NCBI GenBank assembly: GCA_964016885.1
Contig: OZ024741.1
Span: 309,876,001 to 309,940,000, forward strand
Direction: 5' to 3'
From: Eledone cirrhosa
Taxonomy: Eukaryota
Length of the DNA: 64,000 nucleotides
The notes beneath the pieces are model-generated. The model worked only from the letters and a program-made list of their open reading frames with translations, searched no databases and was not told the origin of the DNA. This document shows positions 13,849-25,043 of the stretch, in pieces. Within the stretch, counting starts at the first letter, position 1. Each line of letters begins with the position of its first letter. A program made the position numbers and the translations under genes.

Positions 13849-13953
13849 CTTACACGATACTTTGTAAATCGTAAATCCGTTTGAATGCTTCACGGGATTC
13901 GTAACATCAAAATGCCAAATCTTCTCCCCATTCAGTGACTTTTTTGTCGCCAT
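13849..13953 (-). CDS. First coding exon of an RPS6KC1/SNX15-family PX-domain protein (later exons not located in the window)
   Basis: ATG..AAG|GTCTGT donor, 105 nt, MATKKSLNGEKIWHFDVTNPVKHSNGFTIYKVSCK. Resembles the PX N-terminus of RPS6KC1 (FYTVTEPQRHPRGYTVYKVTAR) and SNX15 (HYTVSDPRTHPKGYTEYKVTAQ). Confidence 0.75.
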
Positions 13954-14409
13954 TACTATGTCGAACCAACCTGTTTTACCGACAGTGAGTTCATACGTTT
14001 TTCTTTTTACGACAGCAAAATTAAAAAAACAACATTAAATAAACACAGATTTCAATACTTAGATTCAAAAATGAAAAACATTTCTTAACTTCTTTAAAAT
14101 TAAAAATATATTTACGGTCTTTGGTTTTTTCATTATTTTTTAGAGTGACGTTATGAAATTCACAGTAGCAAAAGAAAGTGAGCAACTGATATGGATAAAG
14201 AATAATAAGGAGTGAGTAAGTATAATAAAGAAAGAGTAAGTGAGTGAAGAAGAGAGAGAGATTAATTAGAGGTGTGAACTCATTTTAGGCAAGCAAACTA
14301 GGAAACGCTGCTGTGTCTCTTTTTCTGTGAAGCACTCAATTGATTCTGTTTATTGCTTCCGAAAGTCAGATTAATATTTCTGATTTTCATTCGGCATGTC
14401 CACACAGTA
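13954..14409. promoter_or_regulatory. Probable bidirectional promoter/5' UTR region between divergent PX-domain gene and ARL2
   Basis: Only 456 bp separate the two divergent ATGs; no recognisable TE in this stretch. Confidence 0.6.
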
Positions 14410-14474
14410 ATGGGGCTATTAACACTTCTAAAGAAAATGAAACAGAAAGAAAAAGAGATGCGACTTTTAATGCT
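14410..14474 (+). CDS. ARL2: ADP-ribosylation factor-like 2, exon 1
   Basis: MGLLTLLKKMKQKEKEMRLLM(L), 65 nt, donor GTATCCTTT. Confidence 0.95.
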
Positions 14475-15829
14475 GTATCCTTTATGTAATGTTTATATGT
14501 ATAATTTGGAAATTTTGTTTTTTTCTCCTCTTTTCATTGTGGTTTTATGGTTGTGAAAGGTTTCATTTGCGTTTTTCCTGTCTTCTTCGATAAAACGAAT
14601 ACCAGTAATATTACTCGGATATCGATTTAATTGAGTGTAACATTCCTTTCAGCTTTGTCAGAAAAGAAAGTGCATTTTTGTACCCGTTTCCTGTACGTTC
14701 TCAGTTATCCTCCTCGCAGTCCATAACAAATGCCGGTAATAATAGTAGATATCTATCTCTATATATATTCTTACATAAATATTACTTTTACCTAGTTATC
14801 AGTATTACATTACATGTGTATCATTTTCCTATGTCAACACGTATGCCTCGTATTTACGTATATATATATATATATATATGTGTGTGTATGTATGTATGTA
14901 TGTATGTTGTCAGGTCACCAGTTGGTGCTACTGGTAACGTATCCCACTACAACCTGTCCCATGGTCGGGTCGTTGGCGACTAAACTGGCAACCCCACCAA
15001 GGTTTCTTGGTGAGGAGGGTGACTTTGGACATCCTGCAGGACTAAAAAGAAAACCTGTCAAAGTGCAAAGGAGCTCTTAAGAGTCAATGGCCATCCAAAA
15101 TCACCGGGAGAGATGACCCCTTAGCCTTTGTCAAGGCAGAATTCTGGGAGAAGGAAAACTCTGATATAACACCTGCAACTCTGATGGTATCCAATGATGT
15201 TGACTTGTTCTTCTTTTTGGTAAATATCATCTTGGTTAAGAGAGTGGGACTGGCTTTGTGCAGTGCCTTTGCTCACTATAAAAGCATCACGGCACAGGCA
15301 TTGCTTTATATCTGGAGATCTCTGCACTTGTCATCACATGGTAGCATGGGTCCAGCACTATGTGTCAATAATTGTCACAGGTGTAGTGTTTGTACCAGAG
15401 TTTCAAGTCGCTGGCTGGACTAAAAAGTCACACTCGTTCAGCGCATCGGTATGGGTTCTCCTACATTGATATAAAGTAATGGCCGTACTCGAAAACGAGT
15501 TGGCAGCCACCGCCATGTATGTATGTATACATACATAGATATATATATATGTGTGTGTAGTATGTATATCCATTACCCACATGAAATATACTTGTTTCTA
15601 TTGTACAATTGTACTATTTCAGTTTTAGGAGAGAATATATTGTCTTTAAAAAAATGGGAAGGATATATTAAAGAAGAAAGAATCGGGGGAGAAGTCCTGC
15701 ACACCCAATCACACACCAAAAAGGGTGGGGACTGAAACCTCCGTCTAATAATTTTTGTGGCAAGCCAACACATTTACAGCATTGTCGTGGTTGATAGCGA
15801 GACTAGGAATAATAACCAAACTCCTTATA

Positions 15830-16800
15830 TCTCGGTAAGGCAAGCCGCCAACGATAACAAGAACTGCGTTGCCAGCCACCCATTCCCTTAAATGTCTCAA
15901 GCGCCACAAGCTGGAAAAATAACTTGCTGATAATTCCTGGTATTTTAGAATGTTATTCTATTCAACTTTGGATATAATGACGTTCATCTTTACTGCAGCA
16001 TCTAGGATGTAGGAAGGAGTAGAAGAGTCATTTGACTGTAGCCTCCCAAATGAGACATCTACTTTTACTCACAGGCAAACGATAAACCCATTTAACCTCT
16101 TTCCATCAATCCTGGACAATCTAGCTGGCTCCAGAATCTAGGAGGTATTGACTCAAGCCAATGCTGTCTTGAGAATTAGATTTAGCTCAGTATAGTGAAT
16201 GAAGTGATCTGCATTCAGATGGCAAGACAATCCATGAAGACTTGTATAGTCAAAGGACCTGCCACAACAACATTTAAATCCCCCACAGATATTGGCTCCA
16301 ACTTTGCTTGTAATTGAGATGTGGAGCTCATCTAGACTGAGTAGGCCATAAATATTGTTTTCAGAAATATCAATTATGTGGTCAATATTTTTGCCAACAG
16401 ACCATTTTGTAACATTTTGCTGAATATTTAGTATTTCCACAATGTAAAGACACATTTGAATTATAATCCTCAATTAAGTTTTCAATCATCTAAGGATGCA
16501 GATGGAGTGCTCTGCAGGACATGATGTAGCAAGATTGGTTGCCAAGGTACCAGCGATTTTTGTTTAAGACTGACAGTGCATCATGAAGATAGTTCTTGTC
16601 AGCAGTTTCAACAATATCAGCTGCAATTGCATGTGAACATAATGGTTGTGTATGGTCTGTGACATACTTTGTATAGATTTCCTTTTCTGCCTTGAGGAGA
16701 TACAGAGCAACACCATAATGTGAAGCAACAAATTCATAAGACCACCTTGTTATGCTTGGATTCCACTAATGGGACTTAAGGACCAGATTATGGTGTTAAA
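15830..16800 (-). mobile_element. Decayed CRE-like non-LTR retrotransposon (restriction-like endonuclease end)
   Basis: C-C-G…HGLSC…H.ELNLILKTALA…EPARLSRIDGKR, resembling the CRE CCHC/REL region. Confidence 0.55.
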
Positions 16801-17805
16801 CTTGATGACAGATTAAGACTACCACCAAAAGACAGTTACATATGTGCATATCATCATCATCATTATTATTACTCTTTTACATTTGTTTTCTATGCTGCCT
16901 TGAGTTAGACGGGTTGTCACATTCATGACTAGACCTTGCTCACATTCTCCATTTTGGCATTATTACTATGCCCTTCTGAATTTCTAATGCCAACCTGTTT
17001 GGGGTATGTACTGGGTGCATTTTATGTAACTACATAAACCTACATGAATTGCCTGTCTATTACTTTTTAAATAAAGTTTAATATAATGGTTTCTTTTTTA
17101 TCCACATTTTTTAACACTAAACTAGTAAGCTAATTATGGCCTAACGGAAGTTGCGATAGAGGAAGACTGGGAAGAGGTGGTGAGAGCTGAAATCACTGAA
17201 GCTCGCCAAAGAGATGAAGGAATGTGATGAGTGGAGAGATGTCATGTTAAAAAAGACCCATGCCAACATGGAAAACTGAATATAAAATGATGATGATGCT
17301 GATATATATACACACACGCCCATACACACACACACGTATGTGAATGCCTTAAATAAATTTTACTTCTGGGCAAAATTGTATTTATGAACTTGGAATCTCT
17401 TGTATTTCGTTTGTGGAATTATATTCATAGACCACTGTCTCTCTAATTTTGCTCTATATTACTTTGTCATTATATAATTAATCTTCTATGCTGCTCCTTT
17501 TCCCATGTAGCAATAATGGAGCAGTTTACAGTTGCTTTAATGTGACTTTTCAGGCTTCAAACCTGACCAATTTGCAGAATCAACATTTTTGCAAAGAACT
17601 ACTTCTCTGAAATTAGAACAGTTGGCAAGTTTGTAATTATCTACCTGCTAATTACCAATTGTCATTGGTATTAATGACACGGTGTCATAGCACCTGATAA
17701 ACTACATGGGATAAATGGCAGGCTTGATCAGCCTTCTTATCCCATAAGTCTTTTAGTCCCTGAAAAAAGCCAAGGGCGCCACCCTTTCTTTGCTGATTAA
17801 GTGGT

Positions 17806-18158
17806 TACTCTCGGGTCTTGAATAGTCCCCCGCTATACCACACTTATTAATTTTTCTGATTTTTCCAACCTCCCGCTCTTATCACCTCGCCCTTATTAAA
17901 TTTTGCTAATCTATCTCTGGCAAAATTTTATTTTCCTGCAGCAATTAATTTTCTTTATACATGAAAAAGCATTTTACATGACAAAAAAAGTACATTACTA
18001 GAAATCCCATACATTATAAAATAAATAGGATGAGTTTTTTTTTTTGGGGGGGGGGGGGTTCTATGTAAACTAAACGACTAATTATGGTTTTTAAAAAAAA
18101 TCAACGAAGACAACCTAGAAAATTTACCCCCACCCCTATTATTGGGGACCTGAGAGTA
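17806..18158. mobile_element. TA-flanked Tc1/pogo-type MITE just upstream of ARL2 exon 2
   Basis: Termini TACTCTCGGGTC / GACCTGAGAGTA. Confidence 0.6.
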
Positions 18159-18215
18159 AAAAAGAGCCAATATATGCTTTTGTTTTGTTTGTTTATACCT
18201 TAATTTTCCAAACAG

Positions 18216-18326
18216 TGGTTTAGATAATGCTGGAAAGACAACAGTGCTAAAGAAATTCAATGGGGAAGATGTTGATACCATATCTCCAACTTTAGGTTTT
18301 AATATTAAAACTTTAGAACATCTCGG
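18216..18326 (+). CDS. ARL2: ARL2 exon 2 (P-loop, switch I)
   Basis: CAG|[37 protein letters not shown](G)|GTGAGT, 111 nt, phases fit both neighbours. Confidence 0.97.
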
Positions 18327-20082
18327 GTGAGTTAGTTTTTTTGATTGTTTGTTTTATTTTTTGTTTTTTTTACAGAGAAGAGGTTTTTTTTTTTTTCTTT
18401 GTGCTCTAAGCTGACTCAGAGGATTGAAATGTATCCTAAGAATTGGATCTGACATTAATCTGCTAAAAATAGGTTTATTTCTTTGTGGGCCAAGCTGGTT
18501 CATTGGAGTAAAGCTTATCCTAGGATACATTCCTAATCTCATAAATTCTTCTCTTGATAATTGTTATTGATGATGATTAAGTTTAGAATTGGTTATCCAA
18601 GATTAAAGAGATGTTATTTTAAAAATAGACGTTACCCACTGTTTTTTTTTGTATATAGAGTGAAATAATTTAAAGAAAGATTACTTCAATACTCGTCATA
18701 GTACTATCTAATGTTCCTTTGAAAATGAAGTGATTTGAGTCCCAGGCTCCTCAGCTAGCTCTGGCTGACAGTACCTGAAATGGACTCCTATCTAGAGTTA
18801 CAGAACTCCACTTCCTTGATTTTGAAATGCTGGGTTTGTTTTCAGCCTGTGTTGAGGAGGGAGGGCATGTGTTGAGGAGGGAGGGCATGTGAGCCAAGCA
18901 ACCTTACCTCCATTAATCAAAATAGCAACAGAAATGATTAGAAAATATCTGGACTGGGAGCAGGTTTGTGACAAGGCTTGCAACCGTGCTGTATGGAAAT
19001 CTCTCATCACACAGTGCTCCATGGAGAGTAAAAAGAACTAAAGAAGAAGAATATTTTAAATTTAATTGATCTGGGGTATATAGAGTATAAGAACAATCTA
19101 GACCAGGGTTTTTCCAACTTATTAAAGATAGCTTCAGATTTGTTTCACTAAATAGGATAACAGGCTATAAATTCACTTTTTTTTTACAATTAAACATCAT
19201 AGCTTTGTTGTTAAGAAGTTAGGTTTGCAACCACATGGTTGCAGGTTCAATCATAATGTGTGGTGCTTTTGGCAAGTGTTTTCTGTAACTTTTCAGGTCT
19301 ATACTCCAAGGAAATAAGCCTATTTTTAGATTAATGTCAGATCCATTTCTTAGGTTACTCATGCCTTTTAATTCTTTGATCTAACTTGGAGCACAAAGAA
19401 AAAAATAAATGAACCAATACCTTGTAAGTGGGTTTGGTAAATGGATACTGTAAAGAAACCTGTTATCATCATCATCATCATCATCAGGTTTAGCGTCCGT
19501 GTTCCACGCTTGCATGGGTTTGGACGGGGGTTTTCCCACTTGAGGCAAGAGTGGTTGTCTTGCTCGCATAGGACTGTCTGGCGGGTTTTCTACAGTTGGA
19601 TGCCCTTCCTAACACCAACCACATTTACAGTGTGGGGCTGGGAGGTTTTTACCGTGTTGCCTACACGGCCACATTACAGCGTGGACTGTCTGGCGGGTTT
19701 TCTACAGCTGGATGCCCTTCCTAACACCAACCACATTTACAGTGTGGGGCTGGGAGGTTTTTACCGTGTTGCCTACACGGCCACATTACAGCGTGGACTG
19801 TCTGGCGGGTTTTCTACAGCTGGATGCCCTTCCTAACACCAACCACATTTACAGTGTGGGGCTGGGAGGTTTTTACCGTGTTGCCTACACGGCCACATTT
19901 ACAGCGTGGACTGTGTGTTTTTTGTCGTGACACCTACACGATCTCATTTGTTTCGGCCTGGATGTTGTGGGACCAACATAACTTTACATTGAAAGGGGCG
20001 GTGTGGATGGGGTGGAGGTGGTGGGACGGGGGTGTGTTTTGATAGAGATGCCTACTGACTGTAGTAGGTTTTTACTTTGTAT

Positions 20083-22869
20083 TTAGGTAAGGCGGGTCTT
20101 CTCTATTACTGAGTACCGCCAAAGGTCTCGGTCCAGTGACATTGTCTTGGAGAGGTGTAAGCGTGTGAGGTCGGAATTTATCAGCTCGTCCCATGTTTTT
20201 CTGGGTCTGCCTACTCCGTGGCTACCGTCTATCTTTATTGCCCTGCACTTTGTTATACAGCTGTCGTCTTTCATGCGCATCACGTGACCGTACCAACGTA
20301 GCCTTCTCTCGAGTAAACAACATCTGATCCCTCTTATTTCTAATTTTCTCCTTAGTTCGTTTATGCTTTGCCGTTCACGTATATTACTATTGCACATCCA
20401 GCGGAGCATGCAAGCTTCGTTCCTCTCTAGTCTGCGTATATCCTCTGCACACAATGCCCAGGTCTCACTGCCATGCAGCATTGCTGTTCGTATGCAGGCA
20501 TCGTATAACCTGCCTTTCATTTTTAGGGAGAACCCTCTAGCGGCTAATAGTGGTATAAGCTCTCTGAACTTTTTCCATCCAGTTCTGACTCTGGCTACTG
20601 TACTTTCAGAGCACCCTCTCCCACTGCTGATTTTGTCACCCAGGTAACGGAAGCTGTCCACTATTTCTATAGAACCCTCTGCGCAGTTGAAGGAGCTAGT
20701 ATTCTGTGGGCACTTGCTGCTACTTATTGCACCAGAGCACCGGCCACATGTAAAATCTATGTTCTTAGTTAGCTTACCTGTGATCCCACTACATCTTTTA
20801 TGCACCCATACTTTGCATTTGGGACATAAAATGGAGTTTCTACCTACGCCTTTCCTACACACTGAGCATGGCCATTTCCCAGATGGGACCGCCGCCTTAT
20901 TTTCTTTCCTACAAACTAGAACTTTAGTCTTAGCCAGGTTAATTTTAAGGCCTTTTGATTCTAGGCCGTGCTTCCATGTTTGGAATTTCTTCTCTAGTTC
21001 GGTCATTGATTCAGCTATGAGCGTTAGATCATCTGCGTATAGGAGTTCCCATGGGCAGCCGGTCTTGAACTCCTCTGTTATAGCCTGAAGGGCAATAATA
21101 AATAGTAGGGGGCTAAGAACAGAGCCCTGATGGACACCAACTTTTACGCTAAACTCTTCACTATATTCGTTGTTAATTCTAACCTTACTGACTGTTTCTT
21201 TATACATGGCTTGTATAGCTCTCACAAGCCATTCGTCAACACCTAGTTTTCTAAGAGACCACCAGATAATGGAACGGGGGACTCTGTCGAAGGCTTTCTC
21301 CAAGTCGACGAAAGCTAAGTATAGGGGTTTACTTTTAGCTAGGTACTTCTCCTGTAGTTGTCGTACAATGAAAAGAGCGTCTGTGGTACTTTTGCCTGAC
21401 ACAAACCCGAACTGCATTTCATCTAGATCAATTCTCTCTCTGATTAGTTGCGCTATTACTTTTTCCGTGACCTTCATGACCTGGTCGATTAATTTAATGC
21501 CTCTATAGTTACTCCTATCTAGGGCATCTCCTTTTCCCTTATAGCAGTTAACGATGATGCTGCTACGCCAGTCCTTCGGAACAACCCCATTCTGTACGAC
21601 TTGGTTAACTATCCGGGTGACCATGGTGTGTCCCACCGAACCAGATGCCTTCAGCATCTCAGCAACTATTTCCGAAGGACCAGCCGTCTTACCCGTCTTC
21701 ATATCTTTGATTGCCTTGCTTATTGTACTACCCTGGACTAACACTGCTGGTCCCTCTATTGGGTCGATGTGGGGGAGACTGTCTTTCTCCCATTTGTTCT
21801 CCTCATTTAGAAGCCTTTCGTAGTGACACTTCCAAGCTACCTTCTTATCAGCGTCGGTGATGGCAAGTATGCCATCATCGTTAAGTACACACTTCTCCCC
21901 GACAATATCACGGTTTTCCTTGACACATTGCCTGGCAATCCTGAACACCTCACGTTTTTGGTCCTCACGTTGTAGAACATGCTTGAACTTTCTTTCCTCT
22001 GCTTCCCTTCTTGCGAAGTACACTTGTCTCCTAGCTTCCCTCCTGGCCACTTGATAGTCTTCTCTACTTCCCCCATCCCGCCATACTTTCCAAGCCTGCT
22101 TTTTGGCCTTAATTGACTCCTCCACCTTACTGTTCCACCACCATGTTACTCTCCTCCTATCTACCGGCCTGCTCCAGCCACAGACTTCGTCTGCCGCCGT
22201 CAGCAGGTTTGCTCTCAGGAATTCCCACTGTTCCTCTATATTATACGACTCTAATTGCTCTTCCTTACTGTCGAAAGCGTCAAGTAATATGCTTTGAAAT
22301 TTATTTCTGGCTATGGGGTCCTTTAGCTTCCATATTTTTCTCCTGAGGATAGTCCTCTTCCGCTGTCTAGTACGTCTCGTCCTGACTATGAGGTCGCTAA
22401 TTATCAGTCTATGTTGGGAGGTGAATTCTTCATGGAGGAGGGATTTAGTGTTAACAACAGACACTCTGTCACGTCTTCTGGTAAGGATATAATCTACCTG
22501 GCTTGTGTGTTCCCCCGATCTATAGGTGATCAAGTGATTGTCTCGTTTTTTGAAGTTAGTGTTACAGATAGTTAAGTTATTTGCGTCGCAGAATTCCAGG
22601 ATTCTGGAGCCTTCCTCATTTCTAGTACCGAACCCGTAGCCTCCATGGATTCCGTCATAGCCGTCACAATGTTGTCCAACGTGACCATTTAGGTCGCCTG
22701 CAATAACTATATAGTCACTGTCAGTTATTTGGGAGGTAGCGAGCATCAGTGTCTCATAGAATCTGTCTTTTATAGCGCCGGGCAGTCCGGATTGGGGTGC
22801 GTACGCAGATATTACTGTCACCGTAGTTTTATTGAGGACAAGTCTTATTTTAATTATTCTGTCATTCAC
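20083..22869 (-). CDS. RTE LINE ORF, C-terminal 928 aa (endonuclease C-part, reverse transcriptase, PHD-like zinc finger)
   Basis: Uninterrupted 928-codon frame; joins the N-terminal piece at 23642-23965 (…KIIDVNRV/NDRII…). Confidence 0.9.
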   Translation of the reverse strand: MNDRIIKIRLVLNKTTVTVISAYAPQSGLPGAIKDRFYETLMLATSQITDSDYIVIAGDLNGHVGQHCDGYDGIHGGYGFGTRNEEGSRILEFCDANNLTICNTNFKKRDNHLITYRSGEHTSQVDYILTRRRDRVSVVNTKSLLHEEFTSQHRLIISDLIVRTRRTRQRKRTILRRKIWKLKDPIARNKFQSILLDAFDSKEEQLESYNIEEQWEFLRANLLTAADEVCGWSRPVDRRRVTWWWNSKVEESIKAKKQAWKVWRDGGSREDYQVARREARRQVYFARREAEERKFKHVLQREDQKREVFRIARQCVKENRDIVGEKCVLNDDGILAITDADKKVAWKCHYERLLNEENKWEKDSLPHIDPIEGPAVLVQGSTISKAIKDMKTGKTAGPSEIVAEMLKASGSVGHTMVTRIVNQVVQNGVVPKDWRSSIIVNCYKGKGDALDRSNYRGIKLIDQVMKVTEKVIAQLIRERIDLDEMQFGFVSGKSTTDALFIVRQLQEKYLAKSKPLYLAFVDLEKAFDRVPRSIIWWSLRKLGVDEWLVRAIQAMYKETVSKVRINNEYSEEFSVKVGVHQGSVLSPLLFIIALQAITEEFKTGCPWELLYADDLTLIAESMTELEKKFQTWKHGLESKGLKINLAKTKVLVCRKENKAAVPSGKWPCSVCRKGVGRNSILCPKCKVWVHKRCSGITGKLTKNIDFTCGRCSGAISSSKCPQNTSSFNCAEGSIEIVDSFRYLGDKISSGRGCSESTVARVRTGWKKFRELIPLLAARGFSLKMKGRLYDACIRTAMLHGSETWALCAEDIRRLERNEACMLRWMCNSNIRERQSINELRRKLEIRGIRCCLLERRLRWYGHVMRMKDDSCITKCRAIKIDGSHGVGRPRKTWDELINSDLTRLHLSKTMSLDRDLWRYSVIEKTRLT

Positions 22870-22870
22870 T

Positions 22871-23642
22871 AAGGAAAAAATTAGAAATAAGAGGGATCAG
22901 ATGTTGTTTACTCGAGAGAAGGCTACGTTGGTACGGTCACGTGATGCGCATGAAAGACGACAGCTGTATAACAAAGTGCAGGGCAATAAAGATAGACGGT
23001 AGCCACGGAGTAGGCAGACCCAGAAACACATGGGACGAGCTGATAAATTCCGACCTCACACGCTTACACCTCTCCAAGACAATGTCACTGGACCGAGACC
23101 TTTGGCGGTACTCAGTAATAGAGAAGACCCGCCTTACCTAAATACAAAGTAAAAACCTACTACAGTCAGTAGGCATCTCTATCAAAACACACCCCCGTCT
23201 CACCACCTCCACCCCATCCACACCGCCCCTTTCAATGTAAAGTTATGTTGGTCCCACAACATCCAGGCCAAAACAAATGAGATCGTGTAGGTGTCACGAC
23301 AAAAAACACACAGTCCACGCTGTAAATGTGGCCGTGTAGGCAACACGGTAAAAACCTCCCAGCCCCACACTGTAAATGTGGTTGGTGTTAGGAAGGGCAT
23401 CCAGCTGTAGAAAACCCGCCAGACAGTCCACGCTGTAATGTGGCCGTGTAGGCAACACGGTAAAAACCTCCCAGCCCCACACTGTAAATGTGGTTGGTGT
23501 TAGGAAGGGCATCCAACTGTAGAAAACCCGCCAGACAGTCCTATGCGAGCAAGACAACCACTCTTGCCTCAAGTGGGAAAACCCCCGTCCAAACCCATGC
23601 AAGCGTGGAACACGGACGCTAAACCTGATGATGATGATGATG
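22871..23642 (+). mobile_element. 5'-truncated copy of the same RTE family inserted in inverted orientation into the host ORF
   Basis: Near-identical reverse complement of about 19470-20355 with one fewer 112-bp UTR unit; has its own (TGA)n tail. Confidence 0.9.
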
Positions 23643-24880
23643 ACTCTATTTACGTCTATTATCTTATCTGCCCACTTTTCTGCTAACATGATTCCTACCC
23701 CACCCAGCCCATTGTCATTTCCCACCCAGAAAAGCTTATAGCATCGTTTTTTACCCACAATGAATCTAGCAGACCCGCCCCTCCACCTGGTCTCTTGGAT
23801 GCAGCAGACATCAACCTCCTTACGTTCAAGCATTTCTACAACCTCGTTTGAGCGGCCTTTTAAGGTCCCTACATTCATGGTACCAACTCTGAAGTTTTGG
23901 ATTGCGTTTGGTGGGTGGGGTGCAGGGAGGGGTGTGGTTGATGGGGTTGGGGTTATGTTGGCCATCCGCGGCCGCAACAAAGAGGGTGGGGCTTTGCCCT
24001 TTCGTCCGGCAGCATGAGGTTATATATGTGTGTTATATATGTGTGTTTCCATGTATCTTCATAAACATTGTTTAAAGCAAGCAGTAACATTTGTTTATAT
24101 CCTACATAAACAATACACCCTGTAACTAACTGTTTCAACAATGATGTGCAGTATATATCAAACTTTGAAAATAAAGTATGGGTAGAGCAATTCCCTCAAA
24201 AAAAGTATTGTCCAAACCTTTCTGTAAAGACTGATGATTAATTTTAATCTGCAAATGTAAAGTATCTGAGATAAAATAGTTCTAACAATTTTGTGATTCA
24301 TAGGTTGCAAAGAACTGGTCTAGATGCTAAGTGAATATTCTATCCACATTTGTTGTTCCATATACTACACAATTCAGTGGATGCAAGGGTATTGGGCTTT
24401 TCAATACCAACCCACCAAAAAAAACCTCTGCTGCTGTCGAACCAAACCTCTCATTTTAAATTGTTGCGATTTATATTAAAATTTTCTGACATAATTTTAT
24501 ATAAGAACCATATTAATAATTGAAATAATTTTAAAATTTTAAAATTGATAATAAAAATATAACAGAATTATTCCCATCTATGGTTTCCTACTGAGGTTAA
24601 CTTTGCCTTTCATTTTTACAGGGTTGATAAAATAATGTACCAGTAATTCCAAAAGTAGAAACAAGTATTATTTGGCAGAATCAGTAGAGCAGACAACATG
24701 CTTTGTAGCATAGAGTTACGGCTCTTTACGTTCTGAATTCAAATCCCACTGAGGTTAGCTTTGCCAGGAACGTACTGGGTTGATTTAATTGACTTTCCCC
24801 TCCCACCAAATTGTTGGCATTGTGCAGAAATCAGAAATCGTTATTGTTGTTATCTTTTCTTATTTTTTTACTCATTTCAG

Positions 24881-25043
24881 TTATAAATTGAACATTTGGG
24901 ATGTTGGTGGCCAGAAGTCTCTTCGTTCCTACTGGAAGAACTATTTTGAATCTACTGATGGTCTTATCTGGGTTGTTGACAGTGCTGATCGAATGAGACT
25001 ACAAGACTGCAAGAAAGAACTGGATACTTTATTACTGGAAGAA
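24881..25043 (+). CDS. ARL2: ARL2 exon 3 (WDVGGQ, switch II)
   Basis: TTTCAG|[55 protein letters not shown]|GTTAGT, 163 nt. Confidence 0.97.

Larger units (their letters stand above)
19467..24018 (-). mobile_element. Near full-length RTE-type LINE (APE endonuclease + RT + PHD-like finger) in ARL2 intron 2, interrupted at 22871-23642
   Basis: EN motifs (GTMNVGTL, CIQETRW, SAYAPQ, GDLNGH, VDYIL), RT motifs (FVDLEKAFD, GVHQGSVLSP, YADD at 21028-21039), (TGA)n tail, possible 5-bp TSD GTTAT at 19462-19466 and 24019-24023; inserted inside a SINE. Confidence 0.95.

Noticed and set aside
20363-22346. Several plus-strand ORFs of 65-133 aa over the LINEs (also 7009-7839, 27378-28929, 44896-46021)
   Set aside because: Antisense shadows of the LINE reading frames, repeated in each copy; no independent protein signal.
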